The translations under genes were made by a program, and so were the position numbers. Shown here piece after piece: positions 14,601-27,935 of a stretch of DNA of 64,000 nucleotides. The stretch covers positions 40,052,001 to 40,116,000 of the forward strand of contig OX597834.1 of assembly GCA_951406725.2 (NCBI GenBank), given 5' to 3'. The notes below the pieces were generated by a model. It was given only the letters and a program-made list of their open reading frames with translations, had not been told where the DNA came from and did no database searches. Origin of the DNA: Octopus vulgaris (taxonomy: Eukaryota). How positions within the stretch are numbered: position 1 is the stretch's first letter; each line of letters begins with the position of its first letter.

Positions 14601-14956
14601 AATGGGAGGTAAAACATGTTGAGCATGCAAAGGCAGTATATATAAATGGAATTGCTAACCCACCCCCAGTATGTCACGGGTACTTCACACTGGCACAAAG
14701 CCATATATACCTTACAGATGATTGGAACAACACTAGCACGTTACTGGTGCCGTCCTCTGGGGTGCCAGCTCCTGTCAAACCACCCAACCCATACCAGCAT
14801 GGACAAAGGACGTTAAATGATGATAATACACATGTGTGTGTGTGTATATATATATACACACACACACATATATAGATGTCTATACATATATATTATATAT
14901 ATACATACATATACATATATATATACATTATATAAATATATATATATACATGCATG

Positions 14957-14988
<32 letters not shown>

Positions 14989-15794
14989 TACATGCATGTA
15001 CATACATACATACATACATATATATATATACATGCATGTACAACATACATTACATACATATATATATATATATACATGCATGTACATACATATATATATA
15101 TATATATACATATACTGCATGTACATACATATATATACATGCATATACATATATACACATACATATATATAGATCCATATACATACATACACATACATAC
15201 ACTTATATATATATATACACAAACATACATACATACATATTTATATATATATATATACATATATACACAGAGAGAGAGAGAGAGTGGTTGTAGAGTAACA
15301 TGTCTGCTGCAATGGTTTCAATGGTTTAAAGGATCAGCAAGCAACATGCTCTCCGTTCTTTGCGAGATTAATTCACTGCAATCTGCGATATTGGTCAGTG
15401 GCTACAACTGGCAATGTATGGAACCAATTCTGTAAAAACAGCAGCCGACTAACTACTAGTCTTTTAGTCTTCTATTAGAATGCAAAAAACTACAATACAG
15501 AGCATCATGTGGGGTGGGGTGGGGTGGGGTGGGGCAGAGGGAGTATATTTTTCCAAGTTGATTATATCTATATAAGAGTGCAAGTGTTGCATATATATAT
15601 ATATTATATATACACACTCATGTATGCATATAGACACACACACAAACATTTTCATTCATAAATAATCGCCATACTCATTATCCAAAACGAATAAAGAAGC
15701 ATCCCCATGTGTACCATATATATATATATATATATACATACACACACATGCACACACACACATATATATACACACACACACATATATATATATA

Positions 15795-16020
15795 TTTCTT
15801 TATTGCCCACAAGGGGCTAAACATTGAGGGGACAAACAAGGACAGACAAATGGATTAAGTCGATTACATCGACCCCAGTGCACAACTGGTACTTAATTTA
15901 TCGACCCCGAAAGGATGAAAGGCAAAGTCGACCTTGGAGGAATTTGAACTCAGAACGTAGCGGCAGACGAAATACTGCTAAGCATTTTGCCCGGCGTTCT
16001 AACGATTCTGCCAGCTCGCC
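15795..16020 (-). mobile_element. tRNA-derived SINE family B, well preserved
   Basis: Minus strand GGCGAGCTGGCAGAATCGTTAG...GAGTTCAAATT (A/B boxes) then core GCCTTTCATCCTTTCGGGGTCGATAAATTAAGTACC. Other copies at about 18950-19320 (+), 27210-27423, 27957-28120, 55890-56050 and 57222-57425. Confidence 0.8.
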
Positions 16021-16049
16021 TATCCTTCCTTAATCTTGGTTCCCATATG

Positions 16050-16439
16050 TGGTGGTGCAATGGCCCTGTGGTTAGGGCAGCGGACTCGCGGTCATAGGAT
16101 CGTGGTTTCGATTCCCAGACCGGGCGTTGTGAGTGTTTATTGAGCGAAAACACCTAAAGCTCCACGAGGCTCTGGCAGGGGATGGTGGTGATCCCTGCTG
16201 TACTCTTTCACCACAACTTACTCTCACTCTTACTTCCTGTTTCTGTTGTACCTGTATTTCAAAGGGCCGGACTTGTCACTCTCTGTGTCACGCTGAATAT
16301 CCCCGAGAACTACGTTAAGGGTACATGTGTCTGTGGAGTGCTCAGCCACTTACACATTAATTTCACGAGCAGGCTGTTCCGTTGATTTGGATCAACCGGA
16401 ACCCTCGTTGTCATAACCAACGGAGTGCTTCCTTAGTTA
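16050..16439 (+). mobile_element. tRNA(Arg)-like SINE family C with 12-bp TSD
   Basis: Head TGGCCCTGTGGTTAG...GACTCGCGGTC...GTTTCGATTCC. TSD GGTTCCCATATG at 16038-16049 and 16440-16451. Confidence 0.85.
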
Positions 16440-16564
16440 GGTTCCCATATGCTGTTCATATTTACACTTGGTCTGCTTAGGAGGTTAAATATAGAGCTGT
16501 ATGATCTGTTTATCCTGTCGTCTGATTGCCCAACAAGGAAGAAAATGACAGAAGCAACATACAC

Positions 16565-16912
16565 AAGGTTTGAAGGTTCAGTCCCACTGCGTGGCACCTT
16601 AGATAAGTGTCTTCAACTATAGCCTTAGGCCGACCAAAGCCTTGTGAGTAGATTTGGTCGACGGAAACTGAAAGCAGCCCATCTTGTGTGTGTGTGTGTG
16701 TGTTTCTCCTCTGCCCTACCACCGCTTGACAATCGGCATTGGTATGATTAAGTTCCGTAACTAGACAGTTCAGCAAAAAGAGACTGATAGAATAAATACC
16801 AGATATTAACAAAAAAAAAAACCAGTAGTCATGTCAATTTATTCAACTAAAATTCTTCCAGGCAGTACCCCAGCATGGCCACAGCCTAAAGGCCAAAACA
16901 ACTGAAAGATAA
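16565..16912 (+). mobile_element. SINE family A, 5' partial
   Basis: GGTTCAGTCCCACTGCGTGGCACC...CAGCATGGCCACAG. Confidence 0.75.
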
Positions 16913-16949
16913 AAAAAAATAAGAATACGCACACACTAACACACATACA

Positions 16950-17479
<530 letters not shown>

Positions 17480-18314
17480 GAAGATTTTTACAATATGCTC
17501 TAATCTTAAAAACAAAGGAACCACTGTGCTGTGTTTGCTGTAAGTGTACACAATATACAATGGAATAAATATTCCGAAGTCTTTTGTGTCTGCAGCCAAA
17601 TATTACATTCCTTGGAATCAAGTCAAAATACTCAGAAATCTGGCCTTCTTTGGCATGAGAGTGAAAAACCATTTCAGAGGAGAATAAAAAGTTTGACTTT
17701 GTGCTTGAGAAATATGGTTGTTTAAGTGCAGTATTCAATTATATTGAGTGACCGTTCAGACTAAGTTATTCCAGATTCATCAGCAGCAGCAGCATCATCA
17801 TAGTAATCATCATTGTTTTAACATCTGCTTTTCTATGCCGGCATGGGTCGGACAGAATTTGTTGGGGGCAGATTTTCCATGGCTACATACTCTTTGCAAT
17901 GCCAACCCCTTACCTGTTTCCAAGCATTGGAAATATTTTTCCCCATAGTCAGACAATGGTTTTTGTGAAAGACTGGACATGAATGACCCCTCTTGTATGA
18001 TGATGATGATGATGCTCGTTTAGAGCCATCATATGATGTCTAGACAAGGCTACACACACCACACACACACAACACATCACACACATACACACAAGTGAAG
18101 GGTTTCATTTTCCAGTACACAGAATTATTCATTTCCGGCCCCTAATCATGCCAGTTCCTGTCAACCTGTCCAACCCATGCCAGTTTGGAAAGAGGACATA
18201 TAATGATGATAATCATCATTATCATGATTGATGGTGATTGATGATGACTGATGATCATTGACCGGTAAAACAAGCCAGCTTTTCTTTTGACATGTTCAGT
18301 TTGAATTATTCTTT

Positions 18315-18782
18315 TATTCTCTTACTTGAATCAGTCATTTGGCTGCAGCCATGCTGGAGCACCGTATTAAAGGGGGTTTTTTTTAGTTGAAAAAAATCAA
18401 CCCCAGGACTTATTCTTTGCAAGCCATGTACTTATTGTATCAGTCTCTTTTGCCGAACTGCTAGGTTACAGGGATGTAAACATACCAACATCAGTTTGTC
18501 AACTGATGGTGGGGAGACAAACACAGACACAATGACACACACATACGCACGCACACACACACACACACACATATATACACACACATACACACACACACAC
18601 ACACACAGACACACACACATGATGGGCTTCTTTCGGTTTCCATTTACCAAATCCACTCACAAGGCTTTGGTTGGCCTGAGATCATAACAAGAAACACTTG
18701 CCCAAGGTTCCACGCTGTGGGACTGAACCCGGAACCATGTGGTTGGGAAACAAGCTTCTTACCACACAGCCACACCTGTGCC
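18315..18782 (-). mobile_element. SINE family A, full length
   Basis: Similarity to 35775-36187. Confidence 0.8.
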
Positions 18783-20421
18783 CACAATATTATTATTGTT
18801 TTTTGTTCATTGAAATATGAAATGAAAGTGTGAAGGAAATGCTTATCTTAATGTCCATCATCATTGTCCTTTGACATCTGTTTTCCATTCTGGCATGGGT
18901 TGGACGGTTTGACAGAGGCTGCCTAGGTAGAAGACTGCACTGGCAGTGAACTGGCAGAAACCTTAGCATGCTGGGCAATATGCTTAGTGGTATTTCGTCT
19001 GCCGTTACATCCTAAGTTTAAAAATCCGCTGAGGTTGACTTTGCCTTTCATCCTTTTGGGGTCGATTAAATAAGTACCAGTGAAGCACTAGGGTCGATAT
19101 AATCAACTTAACCCCTTTGTATGCCCTTGTTTGTCCCCTCTGTGTTTAGCCCCTTGTGGGTAGTAAAGAAATAGGTATTTCGTCTGCCATTACGTTCTGA
19201 GTTTAAATTGCGCCGAGGTTGACTATACCTTTCATCCTTTCGGGGTTGATAAATTAAGTACCAATTGCAGACTGGGGTTAATGTAATCAACTGGTCCCCT
19301 CCCCCAAAATTTCAGGCCTTGATTTTTTCCTTATACTTACACCATAGCAGCCCGGAGACCGATTTGTGGTTTAAACTGGATTTGGTACTTGTATATCTAC
19401 AGTACCCTACTATAGTTCCAGGGGTGAATTATTCAACCCCCAAAGAATCTCAGCAAGACTTGTGCCAAAATTTGAAACCAAAGTAATCAGATAGAAAAAA
19501 GCCATGAAAAAAATAGATAAGCTCCCAGTGAAAGTCTAGCTTTCTTTCCCAGCTGAATTTGTTCCACTTCATTTGTGTCGCTTATGCTTTTCATAAATTC
19601 CATGTCCTCGTTCCCCCAGTAAACTGTGACGATGTTCATCAGTTAGAAACCAATGTTTAGGTCCATTAAGAATTCTACTTTAAATATTCTTCATTTCTTG
19701 TCAATTCTCGGAAGATTAAATTAAATTTTGATTACAAACAAATTGAATTATTGCAACAATTAATTAATTAAAAAAATATTATCATTAGACTTAATTAGTT
19801 TAAAAAAGAAACAATAATATTTTTTCAATATATTGTATGTATATACGTGAGTGCGTATAATGTGAGTTTATGGGATTGTGTATACATCAGCATGTATATA
19901 TGACTGCATACATGAATGTGTGTATATATGTGTAGAATTTCCATAAACTAACAACAAAACAAATACTTCTGTAATAAAAAAAAAAAATCACATTTTTTTT
20001 CCAATTGTTTTTCTTCAGTATCACAAGTAAAAAATTTAGCTTGAAGACAGCAATGTGGAATTAAATTCAGATATAAAAATGACAGATATTTGTTTAAAAA
20101 CAGACTCAAGTAGGAGAAAATGAGAAAAGATTGAAAAAACAAAAGCCAAAAATGTTTAAAAACACTTCAAGTCAGGTAATTATTTTTCACAATTCTTTGA
20201 TATTATTTTTCTGTTCCTTTAATCTTTACAAAAATTCTCAAGTAATTTTGCAGTCACAAATAAAAGAATCTAAAGGGAGAGATATAGTTCTCCTCCATTC
20301 AATGTGTACCAAAATAATATAGTACAGTTTTTTGTACCAATCTGTTTTGCAAGAGCTGAAGTGGTTTGCGTTCTTACCTTTTGCTTCAAGGACCTTAAAC
20401 ATACAAGAATTTCACCTCATA

Positions 20422-20458
<37 letters not shown>

Positions 20459-20459
<1 letters not shown>

Positions 20460-20836
20460 GAGTGAGAGAGCAGTGCATGCCATCAAAGTGACACCGGGCT
20501 AAAATATACGAGGCCCAGTATACCCATCATGACTACCCGTCTGATTAGGGTACACCAGGCACATGCATCACAACCATATGTGCGCGACATGGTGATCTCA
20601 TATCAAGATTAACAGCGCATGACCTTGCAGGTGGGGCCCAGTTAGAATTTTCTTCTGGTCGAGTAACCCATCCCGCTCAAATGGTCCCTGAATAAGGGTT
20701 GTGTAAGGATGTTGAACAAAACACATGTTTCCAGGTGTGAATTATTAAAAACCCCCCCAAAGAACTCCTCCCAACACATGGCTATAATGCTCCCCCACTA
20801 CTTCTCATCGTGATCAGAAATGCACATATCGTCAGC
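20459..20836 (-). mobile_element. 5'-truncated copy of the (AAT)n-associated element
   Basis: Reverse complement of about 55205-55582. Its 3' end runs into (TTA)n at 20424-20458. Confidence 0.65.
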
Positions 20837-21009
20837 TCTATTGGTTAAGGTCTTTTCAGTTTCTGTCAACTAAATCAACTGACAAGGCTTTGGTCAGCCA
20901 AGGCTATAGTAGAAGACACTTGCCCAAGGTGCTACGCAGTGGGACAGAACCCAGAACCATGTGGTTAGTAAGCAAGCTACTTACCACACAGCCACTCCTA
21001 CACCTAGAT

Positions 21010-21191
21010 GGATATTTGTCCTCATCTTATTTGTTGTTAACACAACGTTTCGGCTGATATACCCTCCAGCCTTCATCAGGTGTCTTGGGGAAATTTCAAA
21101 CCTGGGTTCTCATTCCTAGAGGGTACATCAGCCGAAACGTTGTGTTAACAATAAATAAGATGAGAACAAATATCCGTCAAATGTACATAAT
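21010..21191. mobile_element. Fold-back Penelope-like terminal-repeat element, apparently split by the LINE (probably resumes about 23907-23941)
   Basis: 57-bp inverted arms at 21010-21066 and 21119-21175 with 3 mismatches. Contains the hammerhead motif. The LINE TSD lies at its edge. Confidence 0.7.
21039..21084 (-). ncRNA. Minimal type I hammerhead ribozyme motif (Penelope-like element type)
   Basis: Minus strand reads GACAC-CUGAUGA-A-GGCUG-(GAGGGUAUAU)-CAGCC-GAAA-CGUU-GUGUU: intact core, stem I GACAC/GUGUU, stem II GGCUG/CAGCC, palindromic loopless stem III ACGU, predicted cleavage triplet GUU. Confidence 0.7.
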
Positions 21192-23915
21192 GTGATAATA
21201 ATAATAATAATTGTGTACAGTGCTCAGGTGCACTACAACTCATCTAAAGTGTATATATAATCAGGTGTAGTTTCGGCGGATTTCGGAAAGCATGAGGGCC
21301 TTAAAAGATGCAGTGTCATGGCAGTCAACAACTGACGCAGGCAGTTTATTCCATGCTTCAGCAACTCTGAGCGTGAAAAAATGTTTCCGAAAGTCATGGG
21401 AGCTGTATTGTTTTCTGACTTTGTAGGCATGTCCACGTGTGTTAGACACATGGAGATCAAAAAGGTGTTCAGTGTTGTTGTTGGTGAGGTGGTTGATAAC
21501 TTTGTGGGTGTTTACCAAGTCCGTCGCCAAACGCCGGAGCTTCAGTGAATCCATGCCCAGGGAAACAAGGCGCTCAGAATATGGTAGGTGTCTGATGGAG
21601 GGTATGCGTTTGGTTGCACGTCTCTGGACAGATTCCAGGAGGTCAATGTTCTGTGCAAGATAGGGGTTCCAAACTGATGATGCGAATTCCAAGTGTGGTC
21701 GTACCATAGCTGTATACAGTTTTAAATAGATGGCTGGAGAGCGGCTAACAAAAGACCTGCTGAGTGATGCCAAGACACCCTCGGCCTTCCTGACAATCTT
21801 AGAGATATGCTTTGACCAACGCAAATCACTGCTGACAGTGATGCCTAGGTCACGCTCACAAGAGGATTTCTTGATATCAGTGTTGTGGAGGGAGTATGTG
21901 AACGCAGGGTTTTTTCTCCCAAAATGCATGGTGGTACACTTGTCCACAGCCAGTTTCAGTTGCCAGTCTGTGATCCATTGCTGCATTGTGTCTAGGTCTG
22001 ATTGCAGGAAAGAGTTGTAGACATCAGGATCTGTCCTCTTGATTTCAAGGTACAGCTTGATGTCGTCTGCATATTTCAATACTGTGGCATTCTTTAAATT
22101 GGCATCTATGTCGTTAATGTATGCCACAAACAAGAGGGGACCAAGGACAGATCCCTGTGGTACACCCGATGACATCTCATATGGTGTAGAGTGCTGTCCT
22201 AGAACTGTGACTACCTCCTTTCGGCTGAGGATGAAGGATTTCAACCAGTTAAAAAGGTCATCCCCCACACCCATTGCAGAGAGTTTCACCATAAGCCTTT
22301 TGTGTGGCACAGAGTTGAAAGCCTTAGCAAAGTCAAGGTAGACAACATCCACCCATGAGCCACTGTCAGTAATCTGAGTAATGTCCTCAAGGAACTCGAC
22401 AAGCTGGTCACTGCAGCTGGAGTTAGGGACAAATCCATATTGTGAGGGTCGGATGAGACTGTGAGAGCTCCAGAAGTTCCAGAGTGTTTCTCTGACACAC
22501 GATTCCATCAGTTTTGCAATACAGCTAGTGAGACTGACTGGGCGATAGTTGACAGGTGATGTGCGGTCGCCCTTTTTGAACAGAGGAATGACACTGGCAG
22601 TTTTCCACTGCTCCGGAGTAGCACCATTGTTGAGACAGTACTGGAAGAAAATAGAAAGCTGGTGTAAAAGGAAGTGCCTGCCACGTTTGAGAAGCAGGTA
22701 TGTAACTCCATCGAGACCAGGGGAGGCATAGTTGCGCTTATTTTGAAGGTGACGTCGCAGCATTGCAGGTGTAAATTCCATAGTTGTTATGGAGTTTGCT
22801 GTTAGTGATGGTGAAGATGGTACATTTTGACTTTCAACAGTGAATATGTTTGCATAGCACTCGGCAATGAGTTCTGCGCATTCCTTGGGGTCGTCAGTGA
22901 TCTGGTTTGTGTGAGGGTTGCGAAGAGGGCCCACTGGAGAGTGAGGTCTCTGCTTTGAGTGCACATATTTCCAGAAAACCTTGCTGTCAGGATTGGCTGC
23001 TATGCACTGTTCAAATTCAAGCACTGCCTTTTTTGTCACCTGCTTGAGATGGTTGGAGGATTTATTCCGCTTCTTCCTGTTGGTGTCTGATTTATGCAAC
23101 CTGTATTCCCGTTCAGCAGTCCGACGTTCCCTCCTGGCAAGTCGGACCACTGAAGTTTCCCAAATTGCCCTTTTGGGGCGGTTCTTCTTTTTTTGTTTAC
23201 GTGGCACTGATGCTGCACATGCTGCCCATATTGAGTCCAGGATACTCTGGAGTATAGTATTCACATCTCCAGAGTTGTAGAATTCACGCCAGTTTGGGTG
23301 CTGTAGTTCAGTGTGGTACAGGTTCCAATCTGCTCTCTTCCAATCGAAGGAAGCAGATTGGAGATGGTTCAGGTTTTTGTTGCCCGCAAGAGCCAGATTG
23401 GCGATGATCATAGCATGATCAGAGTCACCTAGAGGTTCCTCCGTAGTGCAATTGATAACTGCTTCAGGAGTTGTGGTGAAGAGCAGGTCCAAGGTGTTGT
23501 CGCCTCTTGTTGGAGAGGTGACTACTTGTGACCAGTTTGAGTCCAGCACAAGCTCAACAAAATCGTTTGCACTCTGTGGCCAATGGAAGGTCTCCCAATC
23601 GATCTCAGGATGATTGAAATCGCCTGCAATAAACACATAAGTGGCTGTTTTCCTGGCAGCAGCTCGGAGGACATTGCAAAGCTGTGTGTCCCGATGGTAA
23701 CTTGGGGGACGATAAACAACGCCAAGCAGGAGTGTTGACATGGTCATACGCACGTCACAGAAAAAAACTTCTTCTTGTGATTCATTCAAATCGGCACAAG
23801 GAATTACCAAAAAATTTGAACGAACGTAGACCATCACACCACCACCACGGCGGTTAGTGCGGTCCTTACGGAAGAGGTTGTACCCCGTAATGTTGAAAAC
23901 ATTAACGTACATAAT
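21183..23915 (-). mobile_element. 5'-truncated CR1-clade non-LTR retrotransposon with 9-bp TSD
   Basis: Direct repeat GTACATAAT at 21183-21191 and 23907-23915. Short 3' UTR with an AGTGC/GCACT stem-loop and an (ATT)n tail on the minus strand (about 21195-21260). Confidence 0.9.
21261..23912 (-). CDS. CR1-like LINE ORF2 (partial AP endonuclease plus reverse transcriptase), 883 aa, N-terminally truncated
   Basis: APE motifs RRGGGV, GVVYRPP, AGDFN, PTRGDNTLDL, SDH. RT motifs YRPVSLTS, QYGF, YLDFAKAF, GVPQGSVLGPLLF, YADD. CR1-type C-terminus LESVQRRATK...TRGH...FFTLRVAEAWNKLP. No stops or frameshifts. Confidence 0.95.
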   Translation of the reverse strand: MYVNVFNITGYNLFRKDRTNRRGGGVMVYVRSNFLVIPCADLNESQEEVFFCDVRMTMSTLLLGVVYRPPSYHRDTQLCNVLRAAARKTATYVFIAGDFNHPEIDWETFHWPQSANDFVELVLDSNWSQVVTSPTRGDNTLDLLFTTTPEAVINCTTEEPLGDSDHAMIIANLALAGNKNLNHLQSASFDWKRADWNLYHTELQHPNWREFYNSGDVNTILQSILDSIWAACAASVPRKQKKKNRPKRAIWETSVVRLARRERRTAEREYRLHKSDTNRKKRNKSSNHLKQVTKKAVLEFEQCIAANPDSKVFWKYVHSKQRPHSPVGPLRNPHTNQITDDPKECAELIAECYANIFTVESQNVPSSPSLTANSITTMEFTPAMLRRHLQNKRNYASPGLDGVTYLLLKRGRHFLLHQLSIFFQYCLNNGATPEQWKTASVIPLFKKGDRTSPVNYRPVSLTSCIAKLMESCVRETLWNFWSSHSLIRPSQYGFVPNSSCSDQLVEFLEDITQITDSGSWVDVVYLDFAKAFNSVPHKRLMVKLSAMGVGDDLFNWLKSFILSRKEVVTVLGQHSTPYEMSSGVPQGSVLGPLLFVAYINDIDANLKNATVLKYADDIKLYLEIKRTDPDVYNSFLQSDLDTMQQWITDWQLKLAVDKCTTMHFGRKNPAFTYSLHNTDIKKSSCERDLGITVSSDLRWSKHISKIVRKAEGVLASLSRSFVSRSPAIYLKLYTAMVRPHLEFASSVWNPYLAQNIDLLESVQRRATKRIPSIRHLPYSERLVSLGMDSLKLRRLATDLVNTHKVINHLTNNNTEHLFDLHVSNTRGHAYKVRKQYSSHDFRKHFFTLRVAEAWNKLPASVVDCHDTASFKALMLSEIRRNYT

Positions 23916-23945
23916 TTCTCATCTCTTAAATATAGAACTGTATTA

Positions 23946-24001
<56 letters not shown>

Positions 24002-25510
24002 GCATTTTGTTTTTCACTTAGGAATTTTTCAAACTGCAGAAAAGTTAGGTTCCTCATCAATATAAGATGAACACATTTAAATCCAAGACACCTGTTGATT
24101 AAATTCTCTGAACACCTTACAGCACTTGAGAAGAAGCGTGAATGTCAAACACTCTCATTCCTCTACAAATCTCAAGTGTTGTTCTTGTTGCATAATGTCA
24201 GCAGACCCTTCTCAAATGTAACTATGATATCTTCTATCTTGTACTTGCTTAAAGTCATTTGATTGCGACCATGCTGGAGCCCATGTCGAATAAATTGATC
24301 CCAGCTTTTATGATTTTTTTAAGGGGGCTGGTACTTGTTCTATCGATCTCTTTTGTTAAACCACTAGGTTACAAGACAAACATACCATGCACACATACAT
24401 ACACACACAGCAAACAACCCCACTTATATGACAGTGATGTTCATTTACAACCAATACATGATGGCTAAACAAGGACACACACAAACACATACATGCACTC
24501 ACACACATACATTATACATGCATGCACAAGCTCACACATATATATATATACACATACTCACATACTGCTTTTTCTTTTTTTTCTGTTACTCTTTTCAGTC
24601 ATTTAACTGTGGCCATGCTGGAGTGCCACCTGAAAGAGCTTTAGTCATAGAAATTGACTCCCAGGACTTATTCTTTGTAATCCTAGAACTTATTCTATCA
24701 GTCTCTTTTGCCAAACCACTAAGTTACAGGGACATAAACACACCAACATTGGTTGTCAAACGATAGCAAGCAGTGGGGGGACAAACACAAATATGCACAC
24801 ATAAATACATACACATACATATACACATGACAGACAATATTCAGTTTCCATCTACAAAATCCACTCACAAGGCTATAGTAGAAGACACTTGCTCAAGGTG
24901 CTGCACAGCGGGTCTGAATGCCCCCTTAACTGAGCGGTTTGGCAAAAAGAGACAGATAGAATCAGTTCCAGGCTTTAAAAGTAAAAGTAAGTACTAAGGT
25001 CGATTCATTCGACTAAAACTTCTTCAATTCGGTGCCATGCTCCAACATGGTCGCAGTCTAATGACTGCAACAAGTGAAAGATAAAAGGTGAAGAGATACA
25101 CTTTGAAGATGATGATGATGACGATGATAGAGCCAAGTCCAACAGAGACATATTGTTCGTATATACACACACACACAATTTATGGCTTGCTCTTAAATTG
25201 TCATCAGATATTTTAATTTTGAAAATGTCAAGACTGGCAACGATGTACGCGGCCAGAAATAGACACTTGATGATGACCTAAGACCAGAGCAAATCAAAGA
25301 TTGGTTTCAAGACATCAAGATGTTGGTCAGAGAGGCAAGCAACTGATTGCAATCTAGTGTCCACGTAATTATGGCAAAAATTCCACTGTTTAAAAGAGGC
25401 GTAAATATAAATACTATAAATATATACATCCCAAAGATTAAGTTAATATTCTGTGAAATGGTAATCTTATTCAGTCTTATAAAATTTCAATCATATGTTT
25501 AAGGTACATA

Positions 25511-26132
<622 letters not shown>

Positions 26133-27457
26133 GCATACACATATAAGTGCAATATGATTAAAAATGAAAATGGAAACAAATTAACCTGTTTATTTATTTT
26201 ACGATTAATTTCAGGATATGAAAATTAGTGTGTAATTAACGAAGCAGACTGATGCTCACCCATAATGCCTTGCTCTTAGCCTTCATTTTTTTTTTCTTTT
26301 ATATATATATATTTTTTATTCCTTTTCTTGTAGCCGGAGCCAAGAAAAACTTCTGATTGAATGAAACTGGGTCTCCCTATCTTTATCTCCCCAGAGAAGC
26401 AGGACTATTATTAATAAGAGCAATGTTTAATTAACGGCTCCTCGTTATGAACACCAGCGGGAACAACAACAACAACAACGACGACGACGATGACGGTGGC
26501 AATGAAGGGAGATGGTTCCATGCTAAAAAGTCTAATTGGTGTTGGAAGAATTTAAGCAGCCGGAATGTATGCCTAGAGAAGTTCTTGGTGCAACATTTGC
26601 GTTGGCTGTGTAGATATTTGTTAGGGTGGAGGGGTGTTGGTGGTGATGAGGGTCAAGTGTTCTACGGGGGTGGGGGTTGTGATTGTGGTGTATGTTAGTA
26701 GTGATGGTAATGGTGGTGGTGGTGGTGGGTGTTTGGGGTGATGAGAATGGAGGGTTTGAGGGAGGGGCTCACGATTGTGGTGTGTTTTAGGAGTGATGAT
26801 GATAGAGGTGGTGATGGTGTTTGGGAGTGGTTACAGATGGTGGGTGATGCTGGGGGGAGCGTTCTAGAGGGAGAGGGAAAAGGTGGGTGATAAAGGTGGC
26901 ACAGGTGGTGATGGTGGTGATGGTGATGGTGGCCGATAGTAAAGTGGGTGGGTGCTGATTGTGATGATGGTGATGCTGATTGTGGAGGTGGTGATGAAGG
27001 TTGAGGCTTGAGGTAGGCTGGTGGGATGGGGGGGGGGTTGCCAGCTCTTAAATATGTAATATTAGACAAGCCATCCTAGAAGGGAACTTGCTTTTAAATG
27101 GACTGGACTATTAGTCTAAATACAGAGTACATTACATAAGCGATTCAAAAACATTCCATTATGCCATAAATTTAAGATAGAAGGCCTTTACCGGTGTATA
27201 GTAATAATAATAATCCTTTCTACTATAGGTACAAGGCATGAAATTTTGGGGTAGGGGAGTAGCCAATTACATTGACTCCAGTCTTTCATAGATACTTTAT
27301 TGACCCCAAAAGGATGAAAGGCAAAGTCAGCCTCAGCAGAATTTGAACTCAGAATGTAAAGATGGATGAAATACCACTAAGCATTTTGTCTGGCATGCTC
27401 CCAATTCCGCCAGCTCACTGCCTTAATAATAATAATAGTAATAATAATAATAATAAT

Positions 27458-27498
<41 letters not shown>

Positions 27499-27504
27499 TA
27501 ATAA

Positions 27505-27935
27505 TTGAGTATTCCTTGCAATCACAATATAGAGGTGAAAGAATTTGACAAGATTAGTAAATATAAAGACCTGCTAATAGAAATTGAAAAAAATGTGGCA
27601 TCTCAAGGTGACTACAGTACCAGCGATTGTAGGATCTCTAGGAATGATAAAAAAAAGGTACTGAAACCTATTTTAAAATGATACCAGGCTTACCATCCCT
27701 ACAGGAAGTGCAAAAAATCGTGTAGACTGGAATGACTCATGTACTGAGAAGAGCATTATCGCTGTGAAAATAACACCCATTCATGAATTTATTTATTTAT
27801 TCATTTTTTTAAATACATATTTTACCTGTGAATTTGCGTGTGTAATCTGAGAATGCATACAATGAGCTTCTCTGCACTAGGTGTACAGAAAAAATTCGGC
27901 GAGAAATGGAAGAAAATTTGAAGAAAGAAGGGAAA
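27505..27935 (+). mobile_element. 3' end of Dong/R4-like RLE non-LTR retrotransposon inside (TAA)n, decayed
   Basis: With two frameshifts in A-runs and one stop it reads SIPCNHNIEVKEFDKISKYKDLLIEIEKMWHLKVTTVPAIVGSLGMIKKG...LQEVQKIV*TGMTHVLRRALSL*, a typical R4/Dong RLE C-terminus. (AAT)n lies on both sides. Confidence 0.75.

Noticed and set aside
16050-16125. tRNA-Arg gene (also 46623-46698)
   Set aside because: No proper acceptor stem or terminator. The sequence continues into a SINE body bounded by TSDs.
21439-23725. Short ORFs overlapping the LINE on both strands
   Set aside because: Shadow frames of the RT ORF with no recognisable motifs.
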